Below are positions 29,610 through 39,854 of a stretch of DNA of 64,000 nucleotides, piece by piece. The notes under the pieces are model-generated. The model was not told the origin of the DNA and did not search any database. It saw nothing but the letters and a program-made list of their open reading frames with translations. The stretch lies in contig OY970223.1 in the NCBI GenBank assembly GCA_963714015.1, positions 2,816,001-2,880,000 of the forward strand, written 5' to 3'. Positions within the stretch are counted from its first letter, which is position 1. Every line of letters begins with the position of its first letter. Source of the stretch: Vulcanimicrobiota bacterium. Its GTDB lineage: Bacteria > Vulcanimicrobiota > Vulcanimicrobiia > Vulcanimicrobiales > Vulcanimicrobiaceae. A program made the position numbers and the translations under genes.

Positions 29610-31187
29610 TCAGAGACCGCCGAATGCGTACGAATAGTCTTTCAAATGCGGCCAGATTTCGTTCAGCGGCTTTACGGGATCGCGCAATATCCAGATGGGA
29701 AGATTGTTTTCATACGGCATTGCGAGCGGATTGTAAAAAGTTGCAGCGCGCGTGACGGATCGATAGTACGGAAGGAGCTCCTTCCCGTTGACGTCCACGA
29801 TTACGGCTCCGCTGAAGCCGCGCGGACCCCAGACCCAGTAGGTGTCGTTTCCGCTCAGCGCCGGCGGCAAGCCGAGCGGGCCGTCGTAGTAATCGATTGC
29901 GGAAGCTTCACCGAAATTGTGCGAGTAGATCGCAGCACTCGCGCGATCGCCCGGTGTCAAGCCGTCGTAAATTTTTCGAACTTGGGCTGCGAGTTCAGGC
30001 CAACCGGTCATGTCGCCGTAGTATTGAATCGGTAGATTGTTGCCGGCTTTCTCTACGTGGAAGTTGATGTGAAATGCCCGGCCAAGGAATTCCTGATACG
30101 CAATGTACGTGCCCATGGGCAGCACCGGAATGACGAACGGCGTCGAAGGTACTGCGCAAGCGGCGACTATTGCGACGATGGCCTGTCGCCACGCACGCAG
30201 CCCGGTGGTCCAGCTCCCGATGGGCACGGCTCCCGCTGCGATCAGGTATGGGTACACCGGACCCGGGTAGTAATTCTTTGCGTCGAGCGACCACATCATC
30301 GCAATCAGCACCAGATAGGCGTAGCCCAGAAATCGCAGACGCGGTTTCCAGAGCAGCCATCCCAGGCCGATGAGCCATTCCAGCGAGAGCAGCGGGCTCA
30401 TTATCATGATTTGCTGGATTGGGAACGGCGGCCAGCGCAGCAAGAACTTGTCGTAGTCATTGTGGAGCAGCTGCAGAATCGGCCAATGATATTGCCACTG
30501 CCACCATACGTCCGGCGCGACGAGCAGCGCACCGAGCGCCGCACCGGCGGCGAACCACCACGAACGCAGCACGCGCCGCTCCGGAGTCAGAATCAGCCCG
30601 GCAATCAAGGCTACGGCGAAAAAGGCGACGCTGTATTTTGCCCAGCCCGCGAACGCTGCGAGCGCTCCGACCGCGAGCCACCATCGCGGGTTGGCTCCCT
30701 TCGTGATGCGCCACACCCAAAGCGCAATCAGCGACCAGGTCGCCGTCTCGATCGTGTCCGGAGAAAGGCGCGCTCCGAATGCCATCAGCACGGGCGAGGC
30801 GATCGTCACCAATGCCGCGAGGGCTATTGCAAAGACTTCACCGCCCAAATCGTACGCAAAAACGCATGCGACGTAGGTGGCCACCCCCGAGAAGACCGCG
30901 GGAATCGCGCGCAGCGCGAAAAGCGAGTGACCGAAGCTTTGCGAGAATGCGGCCAGAAGCGGAACGAGCGAGGGTTGATCGACGTACCCCAAGCTGGGGT
31001 GCAATCCGCAAATGATGAAGTAGAGTTCGTCCCGGAAAAATCCGTAGTGCGCGTTGCCTCCAAGGTGGAGCGCAAGCGCGACTAGGCCCGCCAGCAGCGG
31101 GACTCGGCGGCGTAATCGCGGCCGAGCCGCCTGAACGGGCGGCTGGGCGGAGCCGGCCGGTATCGTAATCGGTCGCTCGAGCAGCAC
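29610..31187 (-). CDS. Glycosyltransferase family 39 (PMT/ArnT-like) membrane protein
   Basis: YGFFRDELYFIICG..GYVDQPSLVP, multiple TM segments and AKYS. Confidence 0.9.
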   Translation of the reverse strand: MLLERPITIPAGSAQPPVQAARPRLRRRVPLLAGLVALALHLGGNAHYGFFRDELYFIICGLHPSLGYVDQPSLVPLLAAFSQSFGHSLFALRAIPAVFSGVATYVACVFAYDLGGEVFAIALAALVTIASPVLMAFGARLSPDTIETATWSLIALWVWRITKGANPRWWLAVGALAAFAGWAKYSVAFFAVALIAGLILTPERRVLRSWWFAAGAALGALLVAPDVWWQWQYHWPILQLLHNDYDKFLLRWPPFPIQQIMIMSPLLSLEWLIGLGWLLWKPRLRFLGYAYLVLIAMMWSLDAKNYYPGPVYPYLIAAGAVPIGSWTTGLRAWRQAIVAIVAACAVPSTPFVIPVLPMGTYIAYQEFLGRAFHINFHVEKAGNNLPIQYYGDMTGWPELAAQVRKIYDGLTPGDRASAAIYSHNFGEASAIDYYDGPLGLPPALSGNDTYWVWGPRGFSGAVIVDVNGKELLPYYRSVTRAATFYNPLAMPYENNLPIWILRDPVKPLNEIWPHLKDYSYAFGGL

Positions 31188-31232
31188 GGTTGCTCGTATA
31201 CCCGCTCCGAGCGGCCAGTACCCGCGTGAAAT

Positions 31233-32838
31233 CTACATACGCCACGCCCATGCGTTCCAAAATGTCGAACCGAGGGGGGACGGGGCAAAGCCGTGGACTG
31301 GTCGCTGGAAAGCGTCCGGCATGTCGACTTGCCACAACGTGAGTTCGGGCAAGTCGCGAATAAGTTCGCGCTGCACTGCTGCATAATCTTCGATTCGACG
31401 CTGCGTATCGAACGTTTCCAGCGCATCATGCATAGCGGCGTCCGCCCGTTTGCTGCACCAGAAATAAGAATTTTCTCCGGCCGGCGGCTGCTGGTCGCAT
31501 GCGAAGTTCCAAGAATCGTCGGGATCCGGGCCGAGCGTCCACCACGCATTATAGGCCAGCTGGTAACGTCCATTGGCCAGAACGCCGCCGGCGGTTTTCG
31601 GATCCCACATCAGTCCCGGCGGATACGTTTTTATGTCGACGCCTATCCCGACGTCGTGCAGATAGCGCTGAACGACCGTAGCCACCAGCGCCGAACCGTT
31701 GATTCCTTGCGGCGCAATCGCCAGCGAGAGGCTCGAGCAAACGTCCCTTTCTTGATCGGATACCGCCGGGTCCCATATGCCAGCCGCTCTGCTCGAGCAA
31801 TCGGCGCGCCGTTTGCGGATCGTAGCGAATGCGATCGAGCCGAGGATCGTACGCCCAGCCGTTCCTCGGCTGGTCCCCTTCGAGCGCGATTCCGGCACCG
31901 TGAGTAGCGACTTGCATCAGCTTTTCGCGATCGATCGCGTGCGCGACGGCTCGGCGCACCCTGACGTCGCCGACTACCGGATCGCGCAGGTTGAACTCCA
32001 AGACGTGAACGTCATTCACCGGCGTCATGACGATTCGGACCATGGAGCTCGCGCGAAGCGTCGGCAGCATCTGAGGATCGACGTCGAAGTAAGCGTCAAC
32101 CTCGTCCGATTGCAGCTCTTCGGTACGCGTATTGGGATCCGGAATTATCCGGTAGACGATGCGATCGATATGCGGGCGGCCTCGCCAATACAAAGGATTG
32201 GCTTCCAAGATGACTCGATCGCCGTGACGCCATTCGACCACTCGAAATGGGCCCGAACCGACCGGACGCTGGTTGTATGCAACGCGATTCAGATCTTCGT
32301 ATTTGTCCAGCAGATGTGCCGGCATTATCGCTGGACCGCCTTGCGGACCGAAAAAGTACGAAACGATCGGCGAAAACGGCCGGCGCAAGTGTATGACGAC
32401 CGTCGTATCGTTCGGCGCGCGGATGCGGTCCACTTCGGCGTATCCGACGCGGGTAAGGACGTTATTTACCGGATTCATTACCGCGTGATACGAAAAGACG
32501 ACGTCCCGCGCGGTGAGCGGCGCACCGTCCTGCCAGCGCAGTCCGCGGCGAAGATGATAAACGATCGTGCGGCCGTCCTTCGAAATGCCGTTCCCCAAGA
32601 CGGGCACACTCCGGGCAATGTCGGGGATCAAACGTCCCTTGCCGTCGCTCTCCACCAGCAGCGACATGTACAAGTGGCTCAGGCTGAACAAGTCCGATGA
32701 TGCCGAGATCAGCGGATTGAGCGTGTCCGGTTCGCCCGCCATTCCGGTGAAGACCAGCGTGCGTTCGCCCTGCATCCGCTGTTGCCCGCACGAGCTCAGG
32801 GCTGCGCAAACGAGCACCAGCGCAATGATTCGCTTCAA
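31233..32838 (-). CDS. Peptide ABC transporter substrate-binding lipoprotein (frameshift near 31734)
   Basis: Lipobox ALSSC, EPDTLNP, WQDGAPLTARDVVFS and PVGSGPF; C-terminus in ORF 31233..31898 ending FWNAWAWRM. Confidence 0.9.
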
Positions 32839-34424
32839 CGTTTCCGTCGAAACACTCCTGGGCTCAGCGACCACTGCCAGGCGTTCCAGTAAGGTCCCGC
32901 CGTGAATTGCGGCCGGAACCCTTGCAGACCGCGCGGCACTACGTAGATCGCATTCTGACTCCAAAGTGAGACGAAGGGAAGCAGATCGGCTACCCGCCTT
33001 TGCACGATTTCAGCGTAGCGCCTTTGGCCAGTGGGATCGTAGCTCGCCTGGACGCCCGCAAGCGCGCGCTCTGCCTGCGGATCGCAAAAATGCATTTCGT
33101 TGAATCCCGCCGGCGCGCGCTGCGCGCAGCTCAGGTACCAGCTCGAGTCCCAATCGCCGGTAGTAAAGATTTCAAAGAAAGCGAGATCGAAATTTCCGCT
33201 CATCACGGGGCCGCCACTCCGTGCCGGCGCGCGAAACATGTCGGGGGTATAGGATCGGACGTCCAGCTGAACGCCGGCCGCGCGGAGTTGTTCCTGAAGC
33301 TGGACCGCGACGGACTGCGAGGTTGCCTTTCCGCTTTCGATTGCCATCTCGAGCGTGAGGCCCAGAGGCTGCAGAACTTTGCGTGCCGCTGCCGGATCGT
33401 ACCGGGGCTGCGGAATCGAGGGGTCGTACGTCCGCCCGAAGAGCGCGTAGAGCGCTCCGTCCGAAGTTTGCACGCCGCGCGTAGCATCTCGGGTGATCTG
33501 AGGGACGTCGATCGCTTCAGCTATCGCCAGCCGTACGCGAACGGACGAAAGAGCGGGCCGCGACATATTGAATTCGAGGTCGCCGAAAGACGCGAACGGC
33601 GCGCGCACCACCTGTTCCGAGGAGATGCGGCCATACTCCGCGGCGTGCAGCGGATCGGAGAAAAGGTACGCATTAACTTCGCCCGTTCGCAGCTCGCTCA
33701 GCGCCGTGTTCGAATCCGGTGTAAACTTTAGCACGATTTGCGCGATCCCGGGATTCCCGCGAAAGTATAGCGGATTTCGAACCAGTGTAATATGGTCGCC
33801 GCGTTGCCATTGCGCAACGCGAAACGGCCCGCTCCCGATCGGCATTGCGTTGAACGGAATACGATTCAGGTTCGCGTAGCCTTCGAGCAAGTGTTCGGGC
33901 AAAATGCCGAAATTGTTCGATGGCGCAAAAAACTCGGTTAGAATTGTCGACATCGGTTTTTCCAACCTTACGCGCACCGTGTACCGGGACGGCGCGGTGA
34001 CGCCGGCGATGTCTTCAAAGCCGTAGTGCGAGAACACATTGTTGGCCGAGTTCATAATCGCATGCGCCGTAAAGACGACGTCGCTCGCGGTGAGCGGCTG
34101 TCCGTCTTGCCAGCGCACATTCCTGCGTAGGATATAAGTGACGGTCTTACCGTCTGCCGATATTCCCCCGTTCTGCAGCGTGGGAACAGTCGCCGCAACG
34201 TCGGGCAACAGGTTGCTGCGCTCGTCCGTCGTCAACAGATAGGAGTACACCAGCGGGATGAGCATAGTCGCGGACGGCCCTTCGAGGAGAATGCCGTTCA
34301 GCGAAGGCGGCTCTGCGGGCACGGCAATGACGAGCTTCGCCGGTACGAACGCGGTGCGCATGCCTCCAGCGCATGCCGTAGCAGCGGTGCAAATAAGGAG
34401 AACCAAGGCGAGACGTAAGCGCAT
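32835..34424 (-). CDS. Peptide ABC transporter substrate-binding lipoprotein
   Basis: Lipobox ATAC, EPPSLN, WQDGQPLTASDVVFT, PIGSGPF and YWNAWQW. Confidence 0.92.
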   Translation of the reverse strand: MRLRLALVLLICTAATACAGGMRTAFVPAKLVIAVPAEPPSLNGILLEGPSATMLIPLVYSYLLTTDERSNLLPDVAATVPTLQNGGISADGKTVTYILRRNVRWQDGQPLTASDVVFTAHAIMNSANNVFSHYGFEDIAGVTAPSRYTVRVRLEKPMSTILTEFFAPSNNFGILPEHLLEGYANLNRIPFNAMPIGSGPFRVAQWQRGDHITLVRNPLYFRGNPGIAQIVLKFTPDSNTALSELRTGEVNAYLFSDPLHAAEYGRISSEQVVRAPFASFGDLEFNMSRPALSSVRVRLAIAEAIDVPQITRDATRGVQTSDGALYALFGRTYDPSIPQPRYDPAAARKVLQPLGLTLEMAIESGKATSQSVAVQLQEQLRAAGVQLDVRSYTPDMFRAPARSGGPVMSGNFDLAFFEIFTTGDWDSSWYLSCAQRAPAGFNEMHFCDPQAERALAGVQASYDPTGQRRYAEIVQRRVADLLPFVSLWSQNAIYVVPRGLQGFRPQFTAGPYWNAWQWSLSPGVFRRKR

Positions 34425-34499
34425 ACGGCCCCCATTCTTGTTGCCTGCGGGGAGCTTAGGATTCCACGAAGGGTTTCCCTTTCGAGATGCGACGCAATG

Positions 34500-34530
34500 A
34501 AAAGAGCCCGGCACAGGTGCCGGGCTCTTC
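34500..34530. terminator. Strong hairpin, probable (bidirectional) terminator at the island edge
   Basis: AAGAGCCCGGCAC-AG-GTGCCGGGCTCTT. Confidence 0.8.
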
Positions 34531-34583
34531 TTGCACTGGTTGTTCCGCTCGCGCGCTACATCGGCTCTATTCGGCTATTAGGC

Positions 34584-34634
34584 GCGAATTCGGAAAATCC
34601 AATTCTCATCATTGCGAATTCGGGAAATCCGATT
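34584..34634. repeat. Two 21-bp direct repeats with 30-bp period
   Basis: GCGAATTCGGAAAATCCAATT (34584-34604) and GCGAATTCGGGAAATCCGATT (34614-34634), 19/21 identical. Confidence 0.85.
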
Positions 34635-34646
34635 TGGCATTCCATG

Positions 34647-36086
34647 TCATCTTCCGGATGTAAGCCGTAATCGTCGATTCCGCTCCGCGACGACCCGTCC
34701 GTGGGGCCAAAGCCGCTCTCGGCCTCTAAACAGTTCCTTAGCTTTCAGCTCGGGGAAGCCTCGAACAATCGCGGCCAGAAGATCGTCGAGCGGCTTGTAG
34801 TGCGGGAACGCCGGATCGAGCAAATACTTTATGTACTGCCCCTCCACCCGCGCCTTGACGATCCCGGCCTCTTCGAACTTTAGCACCTTGTTCCACATGG
34901 CGTTGTAATCATGCTGCGGACGCGACCGCTTGAGGTCAACCATTGCGATGCCCTCCTCGCCAGCAAGGTGCAGCATCAGCAAGACCCACAGCCGAGGTTT
35001 CGTACCAAAGACGATCTCAGGTGCGTACGGGCCCGGAGTCGCACGCCCCGGCTGCGTCCGCACTCTTGATGGTTCCAGGCCTTGCAGGCTCAGCAGACAT
35101 CGGCGCAGTTCGCGATAGACCGGGTAGGCCGGGTTAAGGCCCACGCGTCGCGCTCTGCCCTTGCCGGTATCTGAGACGATTCCGGTTTTCGCCAGCCGCC
35201 CTACGACGTCGAAGCCGCCGGTACGTTTCGCGACGGTTTGCAACTTGAGGGGCGTCATTGGACCGTATTTGGCGAGCGCCATGAGAACGCGTTCGGCGCG
35301 ATGCTTGCCGAACAAGGCCCAGTCCTTGGCGTCGTCCAGAGATCTACGCCGTGCGACCTCGCACTCCATAACGCGCGGTTTGAAATCGGGATGGAAGGCT
35401 ACGAATGCGCGTAGGAGCTTTCGAAGCGGCGGACGCCATGGTGCGTCGGGAAAACGAACCTGCCCGCCGACCTTTATCAGGATGCCGTTCTTGACGCAGT
35501 TTATCACCTCGCCGGCGACCGAACTCTGCACCTCGTCCGGTACGATGCGCTGTAGTCTGCCAACCTCGATTCTGCCGCCGAAGATTTCCAAGACGGCGAA
35601 TATTTTGGTCCGAATGCGGGAGCCGAGAATGATCGAGGTGTCGCAATCATGTCGCGCGGTCAGCAGACCGATCTCCGCCGGCGTCATGTCGTTTGCCGTG
35701 CGCACATCGTATTGCTTGGCTAAGGAGGTCAGTACGGCGCGCACCTCCCGCATTAAAGGAAACGCAGGGTTAAGCGCGACGGCGTCTCCACGGCGAACGC
35801 CTCGGTATGGCAACGTCCATTTCGTGGTCAACCCGGCACGATCTCTCCGCACGATGCTCGCCGTGCGACGTTCGCTGAACCACCCGTCAAGAACCGAACG
35901 CCGCCTCGGGCCGGTGCTGAGGCCGACCAGAATGTCGGTATCCATACCGAAGATTGGCGGTATTCCACCCAAGGATCGTAGCCTATCACGTCGCGCTTTG
36001 TACGCAGCGTATTTCTTGCCGACAGCGGTATCGGTCGATCCGCGGCTTCTGAATTCGAGTGGATAAACCGCACGTTGCTTCCTCAT
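34647..36086 (-). CDS. Protein of four tandem winged-HTH-like repeats; start codon uncertain
   Basis: Repeats 2-4 begin (I/L/V)(L/F)GxxxxxxhL, and all four end in a shared motif: LNPAFPLMREV / FPDAPWRPPL / LNPAYPVYREL / LDPAFPHYKPL. Confidence 0.75.
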   Translation of the reverse strand: MRKQRAVYPLEFRSRGSTDTAVGKKYAAYKARRDRLRSLGGIPPIFGMDTDILVGLSTGPRRRSVLDGWFSERRTASIVRRDRAGLTTKWTLPYRGVRRGDAVALNPAFPLMREVRAVLTSLAKQYDVRTANDMTPAEIGLLTARHDCDTSIILGSRIRTKIFAVLEIFGGRIEVGRLQRIVPDEVQSSVAGEVINCVKNGILIKVGGQVRFPDAPWRPPLRKLLRAFVAFHPDFKPRVMECEVARRRSLDDAKDWALFGKHRAERVLMALAKYGPMTPLKLQTVAKRTGGFDVVGRLAKTGIVSDTGKGRARRVGLNPAYPVYRELRRCLLSLQGLEPSRVRTQPGRATPGPYAPEIVFGTKPRLWVLLMLHLAGEEGIAMVDLKRSRPQHDYNAMWNKVLKFEEAGIVKARVEGQYIKYLLDPAFPHYKPLDDLLAAIVRGFPELKAKELFRGRERLWPHGRVVAERNRRLRLTSGR

Positions 36087-36185
36087 CTGCCCTATCGACA
36101 AACGCGAAAACCAGATGGTGAGTTGCGCTGCAATCTTTTGTTCACGGTTTAGACGTACCACGGCTGTTAGGAGCCTGACTATCAA

Positions 36186-36869
36186 TCACCTACAAGCGGG
36201 CAAAGTTGACGGATCTATCCGTTTTTGTTCAAGCGCTTGCAGCTGGGGCAATTGTATGTTGCCAAGGCGGTGAGAAACGTAGTGTGGCATCGGCAACGGA
36301 CCCAAAACCTCGCCGAGCTGCGGCAATACGAGGTAAAGCCTTCCATCGCGAAGATCGGCGAGATCCGGCGAACTCCATAGCGACGGGTCGTCCGAGACGA
36401 CGATGTGCATGACCCGGCTGCTCGGAAAATGTAGGCTTAGTACGAGCCGGCCAGCGGCAGATGGGGCGTGCAACCGGATCGTGTAAGCACCTCTCCATCC
36501 GACGAACTCGGCGGTCGAGTCGGTTTCCGCCTTCAAGAAACCGGATCCAAAGACGCCAATCTTCGCTCGTTCGGTCTGGTCGCGTTCCCACATCAACTTT
36601 CGTAGTGACGCGGCATAAGATGTATTAAGGAACGGCGATCCCAACACGGTCGATCCTAACCCGAGCGCCATTTTCGCCATGAAACGTTGCTCGAATCCGA
36701 TGTTGATGACGACACCCATCTCGTGATTGTCGCCCATGGCGATGATCCTATCGCCCTCCTCCTTGGTTTCATCGAGCGCAACGGCTCTTTCGCCGTGTTC
36801 GAAATTCCTATAGCAGATGCGGCCGAGCAGACCTCGCTGGCGCAGCGCCTCGTGCAAGTTGGCCTGATG
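36186..36869 (-). pseudogene. 3' part of the interrupted HNH endonuclease gene
   Basis: In frame with the 5' part through the CATCAGGC repeat (HQA in both); has no convincing start or RBS of its own. Confidence 0.65.
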
Positions 36870-36938
36870 GTAGTTATGACGGCAAAAGATGCTCTATCTG
36901 AAAATAACAAGTGTGCGCCCAGGTCGAAAAGGTAAGCG

Positions 36939-37802
36939 TTAAACGGAGCCGCAGATCCTTACACAGGCTGAGCTTATACCGCAGATTGTTACGATTATCG
37001 TGACAAATATGACGCTCGCGACAAGGCCCCACCAGTAAGATCGAAGGACACCCTCCCAGGTTCGAACCGATCGTAGTAACCACCACGCTTCGCAAGCTAT
37101 TGTCATATACAGTATCGCAACGTATGTGGGTAGCGTATGGTTTGCAGATGAAGCTGCAAATCTATAACCAACCGCACTTACGAAGAGCAAGCCGATACAC
37201 AATGTTTCCGCCGCGACGATAGCTGGATGCAGGCCACGCGCATATTCCATTGTTCCACCGGACCTCCACTCAAGAGCGCTCGTACAGAAAACGGTAAACA
37301 AAACAAGACAAATAAGCGAAATGTCTCCAGGCGAAAGCGATACATCTGGGCCTCTGCAAAATAACGACCTTTGCCGTGAGAACGGACGCGAGCAAATCGC
37401 GCGCGTTTTATCGGCAAGGATACCGCCGTTCGTTGCATACAATATGACCGTTTGGTCGCCTTGAACATAGCGCAGCGATCCATCAGTGTCAGTTACCTTT
37501 ACGATCGATGGGGGCTCGACCGTGTAGCGCAATCCCATTGGCCGCACCTGGTCCAGTAACTGCCCGATTGATACTGATTCCATCGATGAAACGTCGCGTG
37601 TACTTGTCGCCTGGACCTCCATGACCAACGCCAAATGAACTCTGGGCGAAAAAAACCAAAGAGGGGCTCTTAGCGCGGTAACTACCAAGACCACGGAAAG
37701 CAGTGCCGAAGCGGAAACTGTCCAAGCAACCGCACGTACCTGCTGCTGATTCATCAACGCGCTAGTGCCTGAAACAATGTGTTTCGTTTTGATGCGCTCC
37801 AC
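36939..37802 (-). CDS. Hypothetical multi-pass membrane protein inside the ~1-kb insert
   Basis: 287-aa ORF with one N-terminal and about four C-terminal hydrophobic segments; AT-richer than its flanks. Confidence 0.65.
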   Translation of the reverse strand: MERIKTKHIVSGTSALMNQQQVRAVAWTVSASALLSVVLVVTALRAPLWFFSPRVHLALVMEVQATSTRDVSSMESVSIGQLLDQVRPMGLRYTVEPPSIVKVTDTDGSLRYVQGDQTVILYATNGGILADKTRAICSRPFSRQRSLFCRGPDVSLSPGDISLICLVLFTVFCTSALEWRSGGTMEYARGLHPAIVAAETLCIGLLFVSAVGYRFAASSANHTLPTYVAILYMTIACEAWWLLRSVRTWEGVLRSYWWGLVASVIFVTIIVTICGISSACVRICGSV

Positions 37803-37902
37803 AAAAAGGCGCGCCTTCCTCCAAATGGTCGCAGTGCGTGCACTGCACTTTCAATGTAATCAAACCCTCTCTTATTCTACGTTCCAAGCAGATTCGCAGG
37901 CT

Positions 37903-38482
37903 GCCTGATGCATAGGATGTACGAATTCTGGAACTCCGGGTCCAATTTGGATTTCCGCTTCAGGCGAATAGCGACGCGCCTTCGGGAAATAGGCCATCAA
38001 GGAACGCAACGCCATGTGGACCCAATCGGCTTGCGCTGTAGTAAAGCGAATATAAACGCGTCCCGGATCGGATTTTCGCGCGATTGGGTTTCCGCCAGCA
38101 TACGATGCCCACCTCGACTCGTCGGCCTTATGGATGTGATAGTAGCATATCCCGCACGGACCGAGCCACATCTCACAGACCTCGTCTTCCGCAACTGGTG
38201 CGCCGTCAATGGGGCCCATGTAGGATAGCGGACTGATCGACGTTTGCGTTCGCGGATCGAGATATTCTTGCGACGCCGCAGCTCGTCGTTCGTGAGGAAC
38301 CAATTCTTTATGAACGGACCGTCGATGAAAAGCCCGGACGTGCTATTGCATGCGATGCAGACGTCGTTCGTCTTGAAAATCGCGTCGGGAAGAAGCGCGC
38401 CGCCGAGCGCGTCGGGAAAAATGTGCTCCAACGAAAACTCGGAGTCGTCCTTTTCTTTATTGCAGTATATGCAGGTTTTCAT
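37903..38482 (-). pseudogene. 5' part of an HNH endonuclease gene (frameshift near 38283)
   Basis: MKTCIYC..SLEHIFPDALGG..VCIACNS (HNH_5-like); continues as RAAASQEYLDP..WLGPCG..FVHPMHQA. Confidence 0.8.
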
Positions 38483-38591
38483 CGCCTTCCGCTTACCAAA
38501 CATTTTCGTCGAAGCCCTCGTATTCGGAATATAGGGCCCGGTGCGCCAGCGGGCAAGTTTGTCGAACGAGTCGGGACATAGCGGGATATAT

Positions 38592-39854
38592 TCAGATTCT
38601 CGTTTCGGCTGGTCGAAGGCGCGCGTCTCTGGTCGATATCTTTAGCGCCCCAAACACGTTGCGGCCGGCCTGCAGTTCGCCCTCCGATGGAGTCGATGCG
38701 AGCTCGTTCAGTCCGACTTCGTAACTCTCGCCTTCACGATCGACAATCAGAAGACAACGGTTGCGTCCGTAGTGCGCCATCGCCGCGCGCGTGAGTCCGT
38801 CGAACGTCGAGAGTAGGTCGTTGCGCGTGAAGTTCGCCGTTGCGCCGAAAGAACCGAGTACCACGACCAAGTCGGGCTGCGAGTCTACCATTGCTGCGGC
38901 CAATGTGAAGCCCGCCCCGCCCTTGCCCATTCTTTCCTGTACTGCTCCATCGAATGCGCGGCCGAGCTCGGCGCGTTCTCCGAGCGTCAATCCGGCGAGA
39001 ACGTCCTGCATCGCGAGATATCCGCGCCGCTCCCGAACTGGTTCGTATCCATCGATGACGGCCTGCGAGAGCCCGCTTTGAAATTCCGGATGCCGCCCAG
39101 CGAGCTGGTCCGCAACGTGTTCGAGAAGCATCGAGTACCGATCCCGCCGCGTCTTTTCATTGAAGACTGCCGCGACTTCGGCGGATCGCTCGTTCAGAAT
39201 CCGGTCCGCTTCGTCGAACGAAGTGATTTTGGAAAGATCACCGTCGAATAGGAGATAGTCGCCGAAGATCGTTAGTTCCGCGCCGAGCGACAATAGGAGC
39301 GATTTCGGCAAAGATCTCCGCGCGTCCAGGTAACGGGCAACTTCCGGCACCGTGCGCAACTGTTGACAGACGTGCATGAAGTCGCTGACGGAAAAGTAGG
39401 AAATGGGGACGCCCCCGTGTTCGAGTGGCAGGTGGTGGTCATGCAGGTCGATTCGCTCGAACACCTCAACCGTCGCTATGGCGTGGCTGATGCCGGGCAG
39501 GCCATCCGAAAACGAGACGCGCCCGCGGCGGCGGTGATCGCACCAAATTTCGGTATGGCCGCCGACTTTGCGCAGCGCACCCCTCAACTGGGCAACCGCT
39601 GCTTCGGCGTGCTTTTGAGCCCAACGCTGCAATTTCGATCCCGTCCGGCTGCCGGGATCATCCTGGCACTTCTGCGACACGAGCAGCGCCTGCTCTTTGC
39701 GTACGACCAAGAAGTCCGCGACCTCGCGCTGTAGGCCCCGGTCGAGAGTCTGAAGATTCCGAAAGACAAATTCAGCGACGAAAGCCGGCGCTATGAAACG
39801 CTCTACGTGGGATTCGGCCCATTGAGTCCGGGAGGAACCGATAGAACCTGCCAT
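38592..39854 (-). CDS. Hypothetical protein with NERD-like PD-(D/E)xK nuclease domain
   Basis: EVADFLVV..LLVSQKC..AVAQLRGALR pattern, followed by a helical region. Confidence 0.6.
   Translation of the reverse strand: MAGSIGSSRTQWAESHVERFIAPAFVAEFVFRNLQTLDRGLQREVADFLVVRKEQALLVSQKCQDDPGSRTGSKLQRWAQKHAEAAVAQLRGALRKVGGHTEIWCDHRRRGRVSFSDGLPGISHAIATVEVFERIDLHDHHLPLEHGGVPISYFSVSDFMHVCQQLRTVPEVARYLDARRSLPKSLLLSLGAELTIFGDYLLFDGDLSKITSFDEADRILNERSAEVAAVFNEKTRRDRYSMLLEHVADQLAGRHPEFQSGLSQAVIDGYEPVRERRGYLAMQDVLAGLTLGERAELGRAFDGAVQERMGKGGAGFTLAAAMVDSQPDLVVVLGSFGATANFTRNDLLSTFDGLTRAAMAHYGRNRCLLIVDREGESYEVGLNELASTPSEGELQAGRNVFGALKISTRDARLRPAETRI

Noticed and set aside
4048..33731. Many long antisense ORFs (e.g. 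4048..5073, 13059..14258, 18907..19860, 30057..31085, 31777..32700)
   Set aside because: Shadow ORFs typical of high-GC codon bias, lying opposite well-supported genes.
36775..36870. Integron attC site (GGCCAAC...GTTGCGC on the minus strand)
   Set aside because: The boxes deviate from RYYYAAC/GTTRRRY, the arms are not complementary, and no integron integrase is present.
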